Shown: piece after piece, positions 1 to 10,192 of the stretch
Layout: each line of letters begins with the position of its first letter
Position numbering within the stretch: position 1 is the first letter of the stretch
Source of the DNA: an uncultured Verrucomicrobiae bacterium
GTDB lineage: Bacteria > Verrucomicrobiota > Verrucomicrobiia > Palsa-1439
NCBI GenBank assembly: GCA_963812605.1
Contig: CAWEWF010000001.1
Location: forward strand, 480,001 to 544,000
Reading direction: 5' to 3'
DNA: 64,000 nucleotides
The notes under the pieces: model-generated
Seen by the model: only the letters and a program-made list of their open reading frames with translations
Databases searched by the model: none
What the model was told of the DNA's origin: nothing
Translations under genes and position numbers: made by a program

Positions 1-397
1 CCTTCACATCGAGGACGACGAGCGGGTACTGGTGATAGTCCGATGTGAATTGCAGGAGCGCACCGGCTTCCAGATGCAGATCGATACGACTCTGGAGCCG
101 GATCGGCCCGCTCAGCCAAAGACCTGCCGGGACAACAAGTTTTCCGCCGCCCTGCCGCTGGAGTAACGCGATGGCCTTGGCAAACGCTTCCGTGTTGAGT
201 GTTTTTCCGTCGCCAACCGCGCCGAAATCCGTGAGATGGGCAATGCGGTTGGGAATGGCCGGTTCTTTGATTCGGGGCAGCGGATCAGCGGCCGGTGTCG
301 ACGTGGCGGCGGCGATCAACAGCCACACGATTATACTCCCGCGAGACGCGAATGAAATCCGGCACAAGCTGCCACGCAACAGCGATTGTCTTTTCAT
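1..397 (-). CDS. Glycoside hydrolase family 28 (polygalacturonase-like), 5' part; runs off the window edge
   Basis: Manual translation from ATG 397: signal-like N-terminus, then TDFGAVGDGKTLNTEAFAKAI...GGGKLVVPAGLWLSGPIRLQSRIDLHLEAGA, the typical GH28/pectate-lyase-3 N-terminus. Confidence 0.85.
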   Translation of the reverse strand, partial: MKRQSLLRGSLCRISFASRGSIIVWLLIAAATSTPAADPLPRIKEPAIPNRIAHLTDFGAVGDGKTLNTEAFAKAIALLQRQGGGKLVVPAGLWLSGPIRLQSRIDLHLEAGALLQFTSDYHQYPLVVLDVK

Positions 398-444
398 AAG
401 CTCTACTGTCTAGTAAGCTACCGATTGCCGACAAGCAAGAAAGG

Positions 445-1035
445 ATGGTCATGATGGCTTTCACATTGCCGATTGGAGACAAGGCCCTCGATTTCAAGTT
501 GCCCGCCACGGATGGGAAGACCTACCGGCTCGCGGATTTCGATGATGCCAAGGTGCTGGTGATTTTTTTTACCTGCAATCATTGTCCCTACGTCACGGGG
601 TCGGACGAGGTGACCAGGCGGACAGCGGAGCAATTCGCTCCGCAGGGCGTCAGGTTTGTGGGGATCAATTCCAACAGTCAAAATACCTACGCGGAGGATG
701 ACTTTCCGCACATGGTGGCGCGGATGAAGGAGAAGAAGTTTCCCTGGGTCTACCTGCGTGACGAATCGCAGGACGTCGCCCGCGCCTACGGGGCGTTGCG
801 CACGCCGCACTTTTACGTGTTCGACCGGTCCCGAAAGCTCATCTACACCGGGCGGGGGGTTAACACGCCGCGCGACACGAGCAAGATGACCGTGAACGAT
901 TTGGAGCGGGCGTTGCGGGAACACTTGGCCGGGCAGCCACTGAGCCAGCCCAAGACCAACCCGATTGGCTGCAACGTGAAATGGGACGGCAAGGACGCAC
1001 ACTGGATGCCGGCCGAAGCCTGCGACCTGGTCTAG
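445..1035 (+). CDS. Thioredoxin-fold AhpC/TSA family protein (PRX-like1)
   Basis: FTCNHCPYV motif, [20 protein letters not shown]. Confidence 0.9.
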   Translation: MVMMAFTLPIGDKALDFKLPATDGKTYRLADFDDAKVLVIFFTCNHCPYVTGSDEVTRRTAEQFAPQGVRFVGINSNSQNTYAEDDFPHMVARMKEKKFPWVYLRDESQDVARAYGALRTPHFYVFDRSRKLIYTGRGVNTPRDTSKMTVNDLERALREHLAGQPLSQPKTNPIGCNVKWDGKDAHWMPAEACDLV

Positions 1036-1038
1036 ACG

Positions 1039-2043
1039 ATGCGAGTCTTGATCATCGGCGGGACGGGGCTGATCAGCCGGGGGATCGTCAAGCACCTGCT
1101 GGCGCGGGACGCCGAGGTCACCGTCTTCAATCGCGCGCAACGGGAGGATACCTTGCCCGCTGCTGTGAAGCGGCTGACCGGCGACCGCAACCAGTCCGCG
1201 GATTTCGAACGACAATTCGCCGCGACACATTTCGATGTGGTCATCGATATGGTCTGTTTCACACCCGAGCAGGCGGCCAGTGACGTGCGCGCCTTCCACG
1301 GCCGGTGCGAACAGTTTATCTTCTGTTCGACCGTTTGTACCTATGGCGTGAAAGCGCCGCCGCAGGTGCTGGTCGACGAGTCATTCCCGCAGGAACCGAT
1401 CAGCGGATACGGGCGCAACAAACTGGCCTGCGAACAAATCTTTCGTCACGCCCAGGACGAGGGACATTTTCAAGTGACGATCATTCGTCCCAGCAGCACT
1501 TACGGCGCCGGAGCACCGTTGATCGACAACCTGGAACCTGATGCCGTGGCGTGGGACCGCATCGAGCGCGGGCTACCCGTGCTCTGTGCCGGTGATGGGC
1601 TGGGACTGTGGCAATCCACGCATCGCGACGATTGCGGCAAGCTTTTCGCCTACGCGGCGCTCCAGCCGCGGACCTACGGCCAGGATTACAATGCCACGCG
1701 CGAGGAGGTTTTCACCTGGCGGGACTATTATCGCCAGGCGGCCGCCGCGCTCGGCAAGACGGCGCAGTTGGTGTTCCTGCCGGCCGACTGGATCGTTCGC
1801 CACGATCCATCACGCTTCGGTTTGCTCAACGAAATTAGCCGGTTTCACGGCGCGTACAACTCGGCCAAGGCCCGTCGCGACGTTCCCGAATTCGTTTGCG
1901 AGATTGACCTGACCTGTGGAGCGACCGAAACCTTCGCCGATCTCCGTCGCCGCGGCGCCTGGCGGGACAGCCGGGCGGATACGCTCTATCAATCGATGAT
2001 CGAGGAGGCGCTGGCGTTCGGCGTTGCGCCGGTTCCAGCCTGA
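1039..2043 (+). CDS. NAD-dependent epimerase/dehydratase (extended SDR)
   Basis: IIGGTGLISRG Rossmann motif; YGRNK (YxxxK). Confidence 0.85.
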   Translation: MRVLIIGGTGLISRGIVKHLLARDAEVTVFNRAQREDTLPAAVKRLTGDRNQSADFERQFAATHFDVVIDMVCFTPEQAASDVRAFHGRCEQFIFCSTVCTYGVKAPPQVLVDESFPQEPISGYGRNKLACEQIFRHAQDEGHFQVTIIRPSSTYGAGAPLIDNLEPDAVAWDRIERGLPVLCAGDGLGLWQSTHRDDCGKLFAYAALQPRTYGQDYNATREEVFTWRDYYRQAAAALGKTAQLVFLPADWIVRHDPSRFGLLNEISRFHGAYNSAKARRDVPEFVCEIDLTCGATETFADLRRRGAWRDSRADTLYQSMIEEALAFGVAPVPA

Positions 2044-2058
2044 ACACGATCCGGTTCT

Positions 2059-2847
2059 TTAACGGAGCAGGCTGGTGTACATCGGCCTGGCGTGAACAAC
2101 ACCGCCATTGAAGTAGAAGGTCTTTTCGTACGAGAATGTTTGGGCGGTACGGTCGTAGGTCAGGGTCCGCGGGCCATCCGTGTAATTCGGGTCATACACA
2201 TGGAAGGCAAATTGGTGGGAATCCGGCGGGTCGATTTCTTCATAAACCGTAACGGCATGATTGATGTTCACCTGCGGGAAATTATAGAGCCACACCACCA
2301 TCGGGTGGCCTTGATGCAACCAACCCTGGAGGCTCCCGCACAGCCGCGCCTGATGTTCGGGTGAAGGTTCGAACGGCATGGGGAATTTCCGCAGATGGAA
2401 ATAGGTGGTCCAACCGGCGCCCATGTTGGCGCGCAAAAGGCGGCCTTCGCGCTCGCTCAATTCGTGCAAGCTGGCAAAACCGGGAAAAACAACGCGTTGG
2501 TCGGCGCCTTCGCTGGGCCACCACGCCGCGCGGTCGCGCACGTCACGAATGCGTCGCGCCAGTTCCGCGGCAGTCACGGGCGAAGCTTGCGGCTCAAAGC
2601 GGGCGTGTTTCCAGAATTGCACCACACCCGCGGCCATGATGAAACAGCGGCGGGTATAGGCATGTTCGCGTTCCAGCGACTTCGCATCCGACGCCGGAAC
2701 GCTATTTTGAGAATTGAAAACCAATTCGTTGGCGTACGCAAAGGTGTCCTGTTGAAAGTTGAAGGGCCGGCCCGCGCCTGCGGTAGGTTGCACCGACGCG
2801 CAACCCATGGAAATCATCAACAGGCCGACTGCAATCAGAATTCGCAT
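2059..2847 (-). CDS. Predicted lipoprotein with a papain-like Cys-His-Asp arrangement
   Basis: Lipobox-like MISMGC after a hydrophobic stretch; RRCFIM...INHAVTVY...HVYDPN; overlaps the upstream hpnK-like stop. Confidence 0.6.
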   Translation of the reverse strand: MRILIAVGLLMISMGCASVQPTAGAGRPFNFQQDTFAYANELVFNSQNSVPASDAKSLEREHAYTRRCFIMAAGVVQFWKHARFEPQASPVTAAELARRIRDVRDRAAWWPSEGADQRVVFPGFASLHELSEREGRLLRANMGAGWTTYFHLRKFPMPFEPSPEHQARLCGSLQGWLHQGHPMVVWLYNFPQVNINHAVTVYEEIDPPDSHQFAFHVYDPNYTDGPRTLTYDRTAQTFSYEKTFYFNGGVVHARPMYTSLLR

Positions 2848-3557
2848 GTTTTCAACTCCAACAAGCACTGCACGTCGGCATCGTTCTCCACGGTGCGTGG
2901 ATGAAAAAAGAACTCGTGAAGTCCCGCCGGCAGTTGCCGTACCGCCGCCGCAACCTCACGTGACTGCATATGGAACGTGCGACCCAGACCCCAGATCGTA
3001 TCCGTGCGCCGATAGGGACAGTGCCGGCGGCGTGGCTCGACCCACAGCTTATCCATAACTCCAAAAACAATTGCGGCCGGGCTTGGGGAGAAGAACTGCG
3101 GTTTGCCCGAGCGAATCCAGCCCTCGAATCGCGACGGCAAGACATTCAACATTGCCTTGTACACAAATGGATGGGCGTGCAGATGATGGTGGGAGTTGAC
3201 GAAGGCACACGGCAGGCTGGTTGCGTGAAACAACTCCCATTGCGCTTTCACTTCGGCGCGCATCAAGCGCCGCGCGTTGGGGGACAGGCCGATGGCCCAG
3301 CCGGCTCCCCAATGCGATTCACCCCACGGCCAGGCGTTGCGGGTGATGGGTTTTGAGTCGCAGAGATGCAGATGCCAGCCGACCTGGAGGCCCGGATTGT
3401 CCCGAGCCAGCCGGACGGCATCCTCCGTGGCCGCCTGGCCCATCATCAGGCTGGCGCCCTGCAGGACCCCCTGACGATGGGCGCGGAGGATCGCCTGGTT
3501 GACCTCCGGGCTCATCCCAAAATCGTCCGCAATGAAAAACACTTCTCTGCCGTGCAT
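2835..3557 (-). CDS. ChbG/HpnK (YdjC) family deacetylase
   Basis: FIADDFG, GWHLHL, NSHHHLH, EFFFHP motifs; start taken at MHGREV. Confidence 0.85.
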   Translation of the reverse strand: MHGREVFFIADDFGMSPEVNQAILRAHRQGVLQGASLMMGQAATEDAVRLARDNPGLQVGWHLHLCDSKPITRNAWPWGESHWGAGWAIGLSPNARRLMRAEVKAQWELFHATSLPCAFVNSHHHLHAHPFVYKAMLNVLPSRFEGWIRSGKPQFFSPSPAAIVFGVMDKLWVEPRRRHCPYRRTDTIWGLGRTFHMQSREVAAAVRQLPAGLHEFFFHPRTVENDADVQCLLELKTCEF

Positions 3558-3579
3558 GTTTAACGTAGATTCTGCCGCA

Positions 3580-4572
3580 ATGTCTGGGTCGACGCAATTC
3601 CTGATCACCGGGGGCACCGGTTTTATTGGACGCCATGTAGTGCGTCGGCTTCTCGCCCGGGGTGCGAGAGTACGCGTCTTTTGCCGCACCCCGGAGAAGG
3701 CCCAACGGTTATTCGGTGACCGGGTTGAGATTGTGCGCGGGGACTTGCGGGATCGCGCCAGCGTTGCGGCGGCGATGCCGGGCTGCGACGCGGTCATTCA
3801 CCTGGGCGCGACGTTCCAGTTTGGGCGCAAGGTGCGGCGGATCCATGAGGAGACGAACGTATCGGGCACGAAATATTTATTGGAGGCCGGCGAGCGGATT
3901 GGTGTCCGGCGGTTCGTGCACGTGGGTTCCTGCGGCGTGCTGGAGGGCCGCCGGGAGTTGCTGACGGAGCGCGACTTTCCGCGCGCCGTGGGTGTCCGCG
4001 AGTCGTATCGGCGTTCCAAGTGGCTGGGCGAAGTGGCCGCGCTGGAAGCCGCGGGCCGCGGGTTGCCGGTGACGATTGCCAGCCCGACGAGTCCGCTCGG
4101 CGCCGGTGACGAGAAGCCAACGCCGACGGGGCGAATTGTTCGAGACTACTTGCGCGGACAGTTTCCCTTTGGCGCCCATGTGGGCTTGAACTTTGTCCAT
4201 GTAGAGGATCTCGCCGAGGGGGTCCTGGCGGTGGCGGAACGGGGCCGAACCGGTGAACGCTATCTACTCGGTCATCATAACGTGTGGCTCGATGAGTTTC
4301 TCCGGGTACTGGCGCGGATTACCAATCGTCCCGCCCCGCGGATTATCCTGCCGCAGGCGGCGATTACGCTGGCGGGCGTCGTCGGCGAGGCGACAGGCAG
4401 CGAACGGGTCTGTTGGGAAACCGCGGCGCACGCGCGCCGGCGGCAGTGGTTCGACTTCTCGAAAGCCGCCGCGGAATTGGGTTGGAGCCCGCGAGCGCCC
4501 CTGGATGCGATCGCTGGCGAGTCGGTCCAGTGGTTCCAGGCATGGCAGAATCAAGCGCGGGTCACGGGCTGA
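3580..4572 (+). CDS. HpnA-like NAD-dependent epimerase/reductase (dihydroflavonol-reductase-like SDR)
   Basis: ITGGTGFIG, YRRSK, GDEKPTPTGRIV, GERYLLG. Confidence 0.8.
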   Translation: MSGSTQFLITGGTGFIGRHVVRRLLARGARVRVFCRTPEKAQRLFGDRVEIVRGDLRDRASVAAAMPGCDAVIHLGATFQFGRKVRRIHEETNVSGTKYLLEAGERIGVRRFVHVGSCGVLEGRRELLTERDFPRAVGVRESYRRSKWLGEVAALEAAGRGLPVTIASPTSPLGAGDEKPTPTGRIVRDYLRGQFPFGAHVGLNFVHVEDLAEGVLAVAERGRTGERYLLGHHNVWLDEFLRVLARITNRPAPRIILPQAAITLAGVVGEATGSERVCWETAAHARRRQWFDFSKAAAELGWSPRAPLDAIAGESVQWFQAWQNQARVTG

Positions 4573-4581
4573 GGAAATCAA

Positions 4582-5757
4582 ATGTCGCAACATTTTGAAT
4601 GGTTGTTGGTCGGTTGGTCCCTGCTGGCTTTTTGCTGGTGGGGGATCACGCTCTGGCTTGTCGCTCGCGAGCGCCATCAACAGCGCTTGCAAACAACGAG
4701 GGTGGTTCAGGCCGTCCAGCAGAGGCCCCCGCTATCTATTTTCAAGCCCATCCCGTCGCTGCACGGTGGCCAGCCTGCGCCACAACTTGTCGCGGCTTTG
4801 GAATCATTCATCAGTCAGTTGACCGCGGATGCCGAGATGCTGCTGGGGATTGAGGAAGCCGAGGCGGCAGCCTGGGAGCCCGTCATCGGGAGGTGGCGAC
4901 GGATGTATCCCGGTGGACGGCTGAACGTCATCGTTGCCCCGCGGCCCGGGCAATTCCACAGCCCGAAAGTTTCCTGGTTTCACCACCTGGCGCGATACGC
5001 CGAGGGCGAGATTTGGCTGTGGAGCGATGCGGACATTGTCGCGCCGGCCGGATCGCTGGACGCGATGCGGCTGGAGTTTTCGGAGAGTGGCGCGGGAATG
5101 GTGACGTGTCCCTACGTGGTCCGTGACATCGGGCCGGCTTCCATGATGCTGGAGGCGTTGTTTGTAAACATGGAATTCTACCCGGGCGTGCTGTTTTGCC
5201 GGGAAATGGGTCCCGTGCAATTTGGGTTGGGGCCGGCGATGATGTTTTCGGCGGCGCGTTTTCGCGAACGCGCGCAGTGGGAGATATTGGGCGCGCGCAT
5301 GGCGGACGACAACGCGCTGGGCCGGGCAATGGCACCGGTGAAGGTCAGCGAAACCACGGTGGTGACTTTTGCGGCGGAATCGGATTGGCGGGACGCGATT
5401 GAGCACTACTTCCGCTGGCAAAAAACGGTACGCTGGTGTCAGCCCGCCGGTTTCGCGGGGTTGATCACGATCCAACCGATGTTGGGTTGGCTCGCGGCAG
5501 TGCTCCTGCATCCCGGCAGCCCGGTCGCCTGGCTGGGATTGGCGGCGACGGGGCAGGTCGAGGTGTTGACGGCGGCGACGTTGTTTTGGCTGATCGGCTG
5601 CGAACTGCGCTCGTGGTGGGTGGTCAGTTTGTGGAGCCTGTTGCTGCGGCCGTTGACGTGGGTTGCCTGCTGGATGCCGTGGCCGGTGGTGTTCCGTTCG
5701 CAGAAGCGGAAATGGTGGAGCTTGTATCATTCGGTGCCGCTGGAGGGCGAAACCTGA
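4582..5757 (+). CDS. HpnI/ceramide glucosyltransferase-like glycosyltransferase (GT2/GT21)
   Basis: N-terminal TM, SIFKP, SPKV, WSDADI, MADD, RWQKTVR, C-terminal TMs. Confidence 0.8.
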   Translation: MSQHFEWLLVGWSLLAFCWWGITLWLVARERHQQRLQTTRVVQAVQQRPPLSIFKPIPSLHGGQPAPQLVAALESFISQLTADAEMLLGIEEAEAAAWEPVIGRWRRMYPGGRLNVIVAPRPGQFHSPKVSWFHHLARYAEGEIWLWSDADIVAPAGSLDAMRLEFSESGAGMVTCPYVVRDIGPASMMLEALFVNMEFYPGVLFCREMGPVQFGLGPAMMFSAARFRERAQWEILGARMADDNALGRAMAPVKVSETTVVTFAAESDWRDAIEHYFRWQKTVRWCQPAGFAGLITIQPMLGWLAAVLLHPGSPVAWLGLAATGQVEVLTAATLFWLIGCELRSWWVVSLWSLLLRPLTWVACWMPWPVVFRSQKRKWWSLYHSVPLEGET

Positions 5758-5788
5758 AACGAGTGTTGCCATTGCGGCACGGGGCGAA

Positions 5789-6394
5789 ATGTCGTTGGTG
5801 ATCGCGCAACTGGCGGGGGTGGTGGTGTTTTGCATCGGGGTGCTGGCGCTGGGACTGTGGTTGCGGCGGCGCCCTTCGGCGAATGCGGCGCGGCGCACGA
5901 GCATGATCAGTCATATTTTATTTCACGCGGGATTATCGGTGCCAATGGTGTGGGGGCTTTTTTGGCCGAGCATTGGCCGGTTCGATGCGATCGTGGGGTT
6001 GACATCCCTGCCCCTGCCGGCGATGTGGGAAATCCTGGGCGGTTGCCTGCTGCTGGCGGGATTTTATTTGGCGGCGCTTTCCATGATTGTGTTGATGAAA
6101 TGGGGGCAAGGGTTGGCTTCATTTGTCCTGTCCCAACGCGTTGTCGAAATGAACTTGTACGAGCGGTTGCGCAATCCGATGGCGCTCGGGTGGTACCTCA
6201 TGTGCCTGGGCCTTGCCGGTTGCGCCTGCTCGACGTACCTGATGCTCTACTTGCTACTCGGCCACATTCCGGCCCACATTTTCTACCTGAAATTTTTTGA
6301 GGAGCGCGAATTGGAACTTCGTTTTGGTCAGAGCTACCTCGCCTATAAGCGGCGGGTTCCGTTCTTGATTCCCCGCTGGAGGCCCGCGTCATGA
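5789..6394 (+). CDS. Isoprenylcysteine carboxyl/phospholipid methyltransferase family membrane protein
   Basis: Multi-TM; RNPM...EERELELRFGQSYLAYKRRVPFLIP. Confidence 0.8.
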   Translation: MSLVIAQLAGVVVFCIGVLALGLWLRRRPSANAARRTSMISHILFHAGLSVPMVWGLFWPSIGRFDAIVGLTSLPLPAMWEILGGCLLLAGFYLAALSMIVLMKWGQGLASFVLSQRVVEMNLYERLRNPMALGWYLMCLGLAGCACSTYLMLYLLLGHIPAHIFYLKFFEERELELRFGQSYLAYKRRVPFLIPRWRPAS

Positions 6395-8625
6395 GCGAAC
6401 GCGTCGTGGTGACCGGTATTGGCGCCGTGACCCCGTTAGGCCTGGATTTTCCGGCAACCTGGCGGCGGTTGGTGTCGGGCGAACAAGCAGCCGCGCCTGT
6501 CACTCTGTTTGATGTTGCCGGCTGTCGCTGCAAACTCGCCGCGACGGCGCAATTGCCCGATCTTCCCAATCTCACTCCCAAAGAGCTGTCACGCCTCCCG
6601 CGGGCCAGCCGTCTCGCATTGCCCGCGGCGCAAGAAGCGCTGGCGAACGCTCGATTACTGAACGATCAAGGGCAATCGCGCCTGCCGCACCTGGCCCTTT
6701 CCGTCAGCACCACCGGCGGCGGCATGGCGCTGGGCGAACAGTTTCTGCGGGCCATGCTCACGCAACAACGGGTTGCGCGGCAGTTCTTCCCGGTTGCGCG
6801 TTATCAGGCGCAAAACCAGGCGCATGATCTCCATGAGTACCTCGGCTTTCGCGGGCCAATGACGATTGTCGCGAATGCCTGCGCCAGCGGCGCCAATGCG
6901 ATCGGCCACGGCGCGGATTTGATTCGTTCCGGTGTCGCGGATTGCGTTCTAGTGGGCGGCTTTGAAGCGTTGACCGAGTTGATCTTTGTCGGTTTCGATT
7001 GTTTGCAGGCCATGAGTCCCGAGCGCTGCCGGCCGTTTGACATGGCGCGCAATGGTTTGATGCTCGGCGAAGCGGCAGCGTTTGCGGTGCTGGAGTCGGA
7101 GTCGCACGCCCACGCGCGCGGCGCAAACATCCTGTGCGAACTGGCGGGTTATGGGCACGGAACCGATTTGCATCATTTGACGCAACCGCATCCCGGTGGA
7201 GTTGCCGCCGTGGCGGCAATGCGCCAGGCCATCGCCGAAGCCGGCGGCAACGCGTCCGACATCGTTTACATAAACGCACACGGCACCGGCACGCCGCTTA
7301 ACGACACGAGCGAAGGCGCGGCGTTTACGGCGGTGTTTGGCGAGGACGGCGCAATTCCTTCGCATCTGCGCATCAGTTCCACAAAAGCCGCGATTGGTCA
7401 TACCCTCGGCGCGGCGGGCAGTATTGAAGCCTTGTTTGCGATGGCGGCGTTGGAGTCGGGACAATTGCCGCCCAACCTGAATGTCCGGCAACCGGAGCCG
7501 GCAGTGGCCGCGAACCTTGTGACGACGGGAGAACAACAAGCCGGAATGGCGGCGACATTGACCGTGAATCTCGGGTTTGGCGGTTCGAACGCGGCGCTGG
7601 TTTTCAAGCGGTACGATCAAGGCACTCGCCGCCGAACGCATGGCGGCCCCCGATCACCGCAGGAACTGGCCATTTGCGGAATGGGCGCGGTGTTGCCAGC
7701 GGAAACGCCGCAACACATGAAGGGATTGCACACGGCGACGGGTGAGCACACGGTGCTTTGCGTGGACAGAACCCGGGAACCCCTGGCGGCCTTGCAGAAC
7801 GAATCGCGAGTGCGGCGGGCCGGTCCGATCACCCTCTATATGCTGGCTGCGGCGCAACAGGCGTTGGCCGCGAGTCCGTCGATCCCGCGTGACCGTCTGG
7901 GGATCGTCGCGACCTTCAATACGGGCGCGGTGGTCTCCACGCGACGGTTCTTTGATGGCGTCGTCAAGGCCGGGCAACGGTTTGCCAGTCCCAACGTGTT
8001 TCCCGAGACGGTCTTCAATTCACCAACCAGCCATGTAGCGGCAGTGCTCGGAGTGACTGGACCATGCTCTTCGCTTGTCGGGGACAACACGGCATGGGTC
8101 AATGGAATCAGTGTGGCGGCGACCTGGCTGGCGAACGGATTGGTGGAACACGCGCTGGTGATCGGCGCGGAGGAACTCGATCCCATCGCGGTTGACGCCT
8201 ACCAGCGCGCGGGTTGGCTCTCACCGCCGGTGCGGACGGGTTTTGTGCCGAGCGAAGGCGCCGGTGCGTTGCTTTTGGGGCGGCCGAAATCCGGAGAAGA
8301 ATTGCGTATCGCGCAATGGACGGAAGGTTTCACGTACCGCAGACGAGCTGATGCGTTGTCATCGGCGCGGGAATGCCTCGCGCAGTTTCCAGCGGACGTC
8401 CTGCGTTGTCGCAACGCGCCCCACAACTGGTTTCACCGCGTCGAAGAACAGTTGCCCGGTGGGAAACCGTTGCCATTGCCCTATCGCGGCGAGGCGTTTG
8501 TGGCGTCCGCCGCCTGGAGCACGATCGACGCGGCGGAAATAGCGCGGCGCGAGGGACGCAGGATTTTACTGCCCATCTGGGGCTTGAGCGGGCAATGTTC
8601 CGCTTTGCTTTTGGCCGACGGATGA
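6391..8625 (+). CDS. Fused beta-ketoacyl synthase (FabF-like KS) + chain-length-factor-like domain
   Basis: Active KS motifs ACASG, HGTGT, GHTLG, GFGG; second KS-fold domain (ASPNVFPETVFN, GAEE, SEGAGALLL) lacks the catalytic Cys motif. Confidence 0.85.
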   Translation: MSERVVVTGIGAVTPLGLDFPATWRRLVSGEQAAAPVTLFDVAGCRCKLAATAQLPDLPNLTPKELSRLPRASRLALPAAQEALANARLLNDQGQSRLPHLALSVSTTGGGMALGEQFLRAMLTQQRVARQFFPVARYQAQNQAHDLHEYLGFRGPMTIVANACASGANAIGHGADLIRSGVADCVLVGGFEALTELIFVGFDCLQAMSPERCRPFDMARNGLMLGEAAAFAVLESESHAHARGANILCELAGYGHGTDLHHLTQPHPGGVAAVAAMRQAIAEAGGNASDIVYINAHGTGTPLNDTSEGAAFTAVFGEDGAIPSHLRISSTKAAIGHTLGAAGSIEALFAMAALESGQLPPNLNVRQPEPAVAANLVTTGEQQAGMAATLTVNLGFGGSNAALVFKRYDQGTRRRTHGGPRSPQELAICGMGAVLPAETPQHMKGLHTATGEHTVLCVDRTREPLAALQNESRVRRAGPITLYMLAAAQQALAASPSIPRDRLGIVATFNTGAVVSTRRFFDGVVKAGQRFASPNVFPETVFNSPTSHVAAVLGVTGPCSSLVGDNTAWVNGISVAATWLANGLVEHALVIGAEELDPIAVDAYQRAGWLSPPVRTGFVPSEGAGALLLGRPKSGEELRIAQWTEGFTYRRRADALSSARECLAQFPADVLRCRNAPHNWFHRVEEQLPGGKPLPLPYRGEAFVASAAWSTIDAAEIARREGRRILLPIWGLSGQCSALLLADG

Positions 8626-8653
8626 CCTAAGTAATTGATAGAGGATAGGGCAC

Positions 8654-8923
8654 ATGGCTGAAGTCTCACTGGATGAATTGAAGAAACTGGTCGTCGAGAA
8701 CTGCGTCCTGAAAATCAAACCCGAAGAAATCGGGGAGGGGACGCCGTTGTTCGGGCCGGGCAGCGTCGGGCTGGACTCGCTGGACGCGCTGCAATTGACG
8801 GTGGCCATCGAGCAGCAATATGGGATTGTGATCAACGACGCGCAAGTGGCGCGGCAGGCGTTGCAATCCCTCGGCGCACTGCGTCTGTGGTTGGCGCAAC
8901 AAGCCGGGCCCGGTGCCAAGTAA
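8654..8923 (+). CDS. Acyl carrier protein
   Basis: GLDSLDAL phosphopantetheine site; 89 aa. Confidence 0.9.
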   Translation: MAEVSLDELKKLVVENCVLKIKPEEIGEGTPLFGPGSVGLDSLDALQLTVAIEQQYGIVINDAQVARQALQSLGALRLWLAQQAGPGAK

Positions 8924-8935
8924 CCGTGAGCGTTT

Positions 8936-10192
8936 ATGAATGGTCCGTCTGTCTACGACACAATCATTATCGGCGGCGGCCCCGGTGGCAGCACGGCGGG
9001 CGCATTTCTGGCGAAGGCGGGGCAGCGGGTGCTGGTGCTGGAGCGCGAGGTTTTCCCGCGCTTTCACATCGGTGAATCGCTCCTGCCGTTTGGGAACGAC
9101 GTGCTCAAGGAAACCGGCGCGTGGCCGAAGGTGGAAACGGCCGGGTTTCAGCCGAAGTTCGGCGCGGAATTTTTTGTCGGCAACGGTTCGCGCTGGCAAC
9201 GGTTCTGGTTCGCGAACGGCTTGGTGCCGGGTTACGGGCAAACCTTCCAGGTCGAGCGCGCGAGGTTCGACCATGTCCTGCTCGATCATGCCAGCGCGTG
9301 CGGCTGCGAAGTGCGGCAGGGTTGCGCGGCGAAGGAAGTGGCGCGCGAAGGCGATGGCTGGCGCGTCACGCTGGCTGACGGCGAGGTACGCGGGCGCTGG
9401 TTAATCGACGCCAGCGGCCGAGATACCTTTGTCGGACGCACGCTGGGCCTGCCGAAAAACCCCGTCAATATCCCGAAACGCGTGGCTGTCTACGCGCATT
9501 TCAAGGACGCCTATCGCAATCCCGGCGATGCGGAAGGACATATCACGATCGTGCGGCTGGCGGATGGGTGGTTTTGGCTGATTCCGTTGGCGGGCGGCAA
9601 AACCTCGGTTGGCATGGTACGGATGCTTGACGACCTGAAGCAGTTCGGCGGCACGGTCGAGGAATGGTTCACGAAAACGATCGCGGAGAGCAGCGAGTTG
9701 TCGCGGCGCATGAAGGGCGCGCAGCAGATGGGAGAGTTTTACAAGACCTCTGACTACAGTTATCGCTACGCGCAACTGGCCGCGGACCGCGCGCTGTTAA
9801 TCGGCGACGCGGGCGGGTTCATCGACCCGATATTTTCTTCGGGTGTGCACATTGCCACCAAGTCGGGAAAATGGGCGACGGAGTTGATCTTGCGCGCCGA
9901 TGCCCGGGGGCGCGCGCTGACCGCAGGCGAACAACAGCGTTATACGCGGGAAATGCACCGGTTCATGGATATTTATCGCGACATGATCCTGATGTACTAC
10001 GACAACCGCGCCTTCGAGGTGTTCATGAACCCGCAGAACCGCTTCCGCATGGTCCAGACGGTGAACTCGATCCTCGCGGGCAACATGCGTCGTTCCTTCG
10101 ATGTATGGTGGCGGGTGAAGCTCTTTCGCCTGGTCTGTGCGATAAATCGCCGTGTGCGGATTGTGCCGCAACTGGATTACACCGAGACTTGA
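8936..10192 (+). CDS. FAD-dependent halogenase-like oxidoreductase
   Basis: GGGPGG, FPRFHIGESLLP, WFWLIP (WxWxIP), GDAGGFIDPIFSSGV. Confidence 0.8.
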   Translation: MNGPSVYDTIIIGGGPGGSTAGAFLAKAGQRVLVLEREVFPRFHIGESLLPFGNDVLKETGAWPKVETAGFQPKFGAEFFVGNGSRWQRFWFANGLVPGYGQTFQVERARFDHVLLDHASACGCEVRQGCAAKEVAREGDGWRVTLADGEVRGRWLIDASGRDTFVGRTLGLPKNPVNIPKRVAVYAHFKDAYRNPGDAEGHITIVRLADGWFWLIPLAGGKTSVGMVRMLDDLKQFGGTVEEWFTKTIAESSELSRRMKGAQQMGEFYKTSDYSYRYAQLAADRALLIGDAGGFIDPIFSSGVHIATKSGKWATELILRADARGRALTAGEQQRYTREMHRFMDIYRDMILMYYDNRAFEVFMNPQNRFRMVQTVNSILAGNMRRSFDVWWRVKLFRLVCAINRRVRIVPQLDYTET

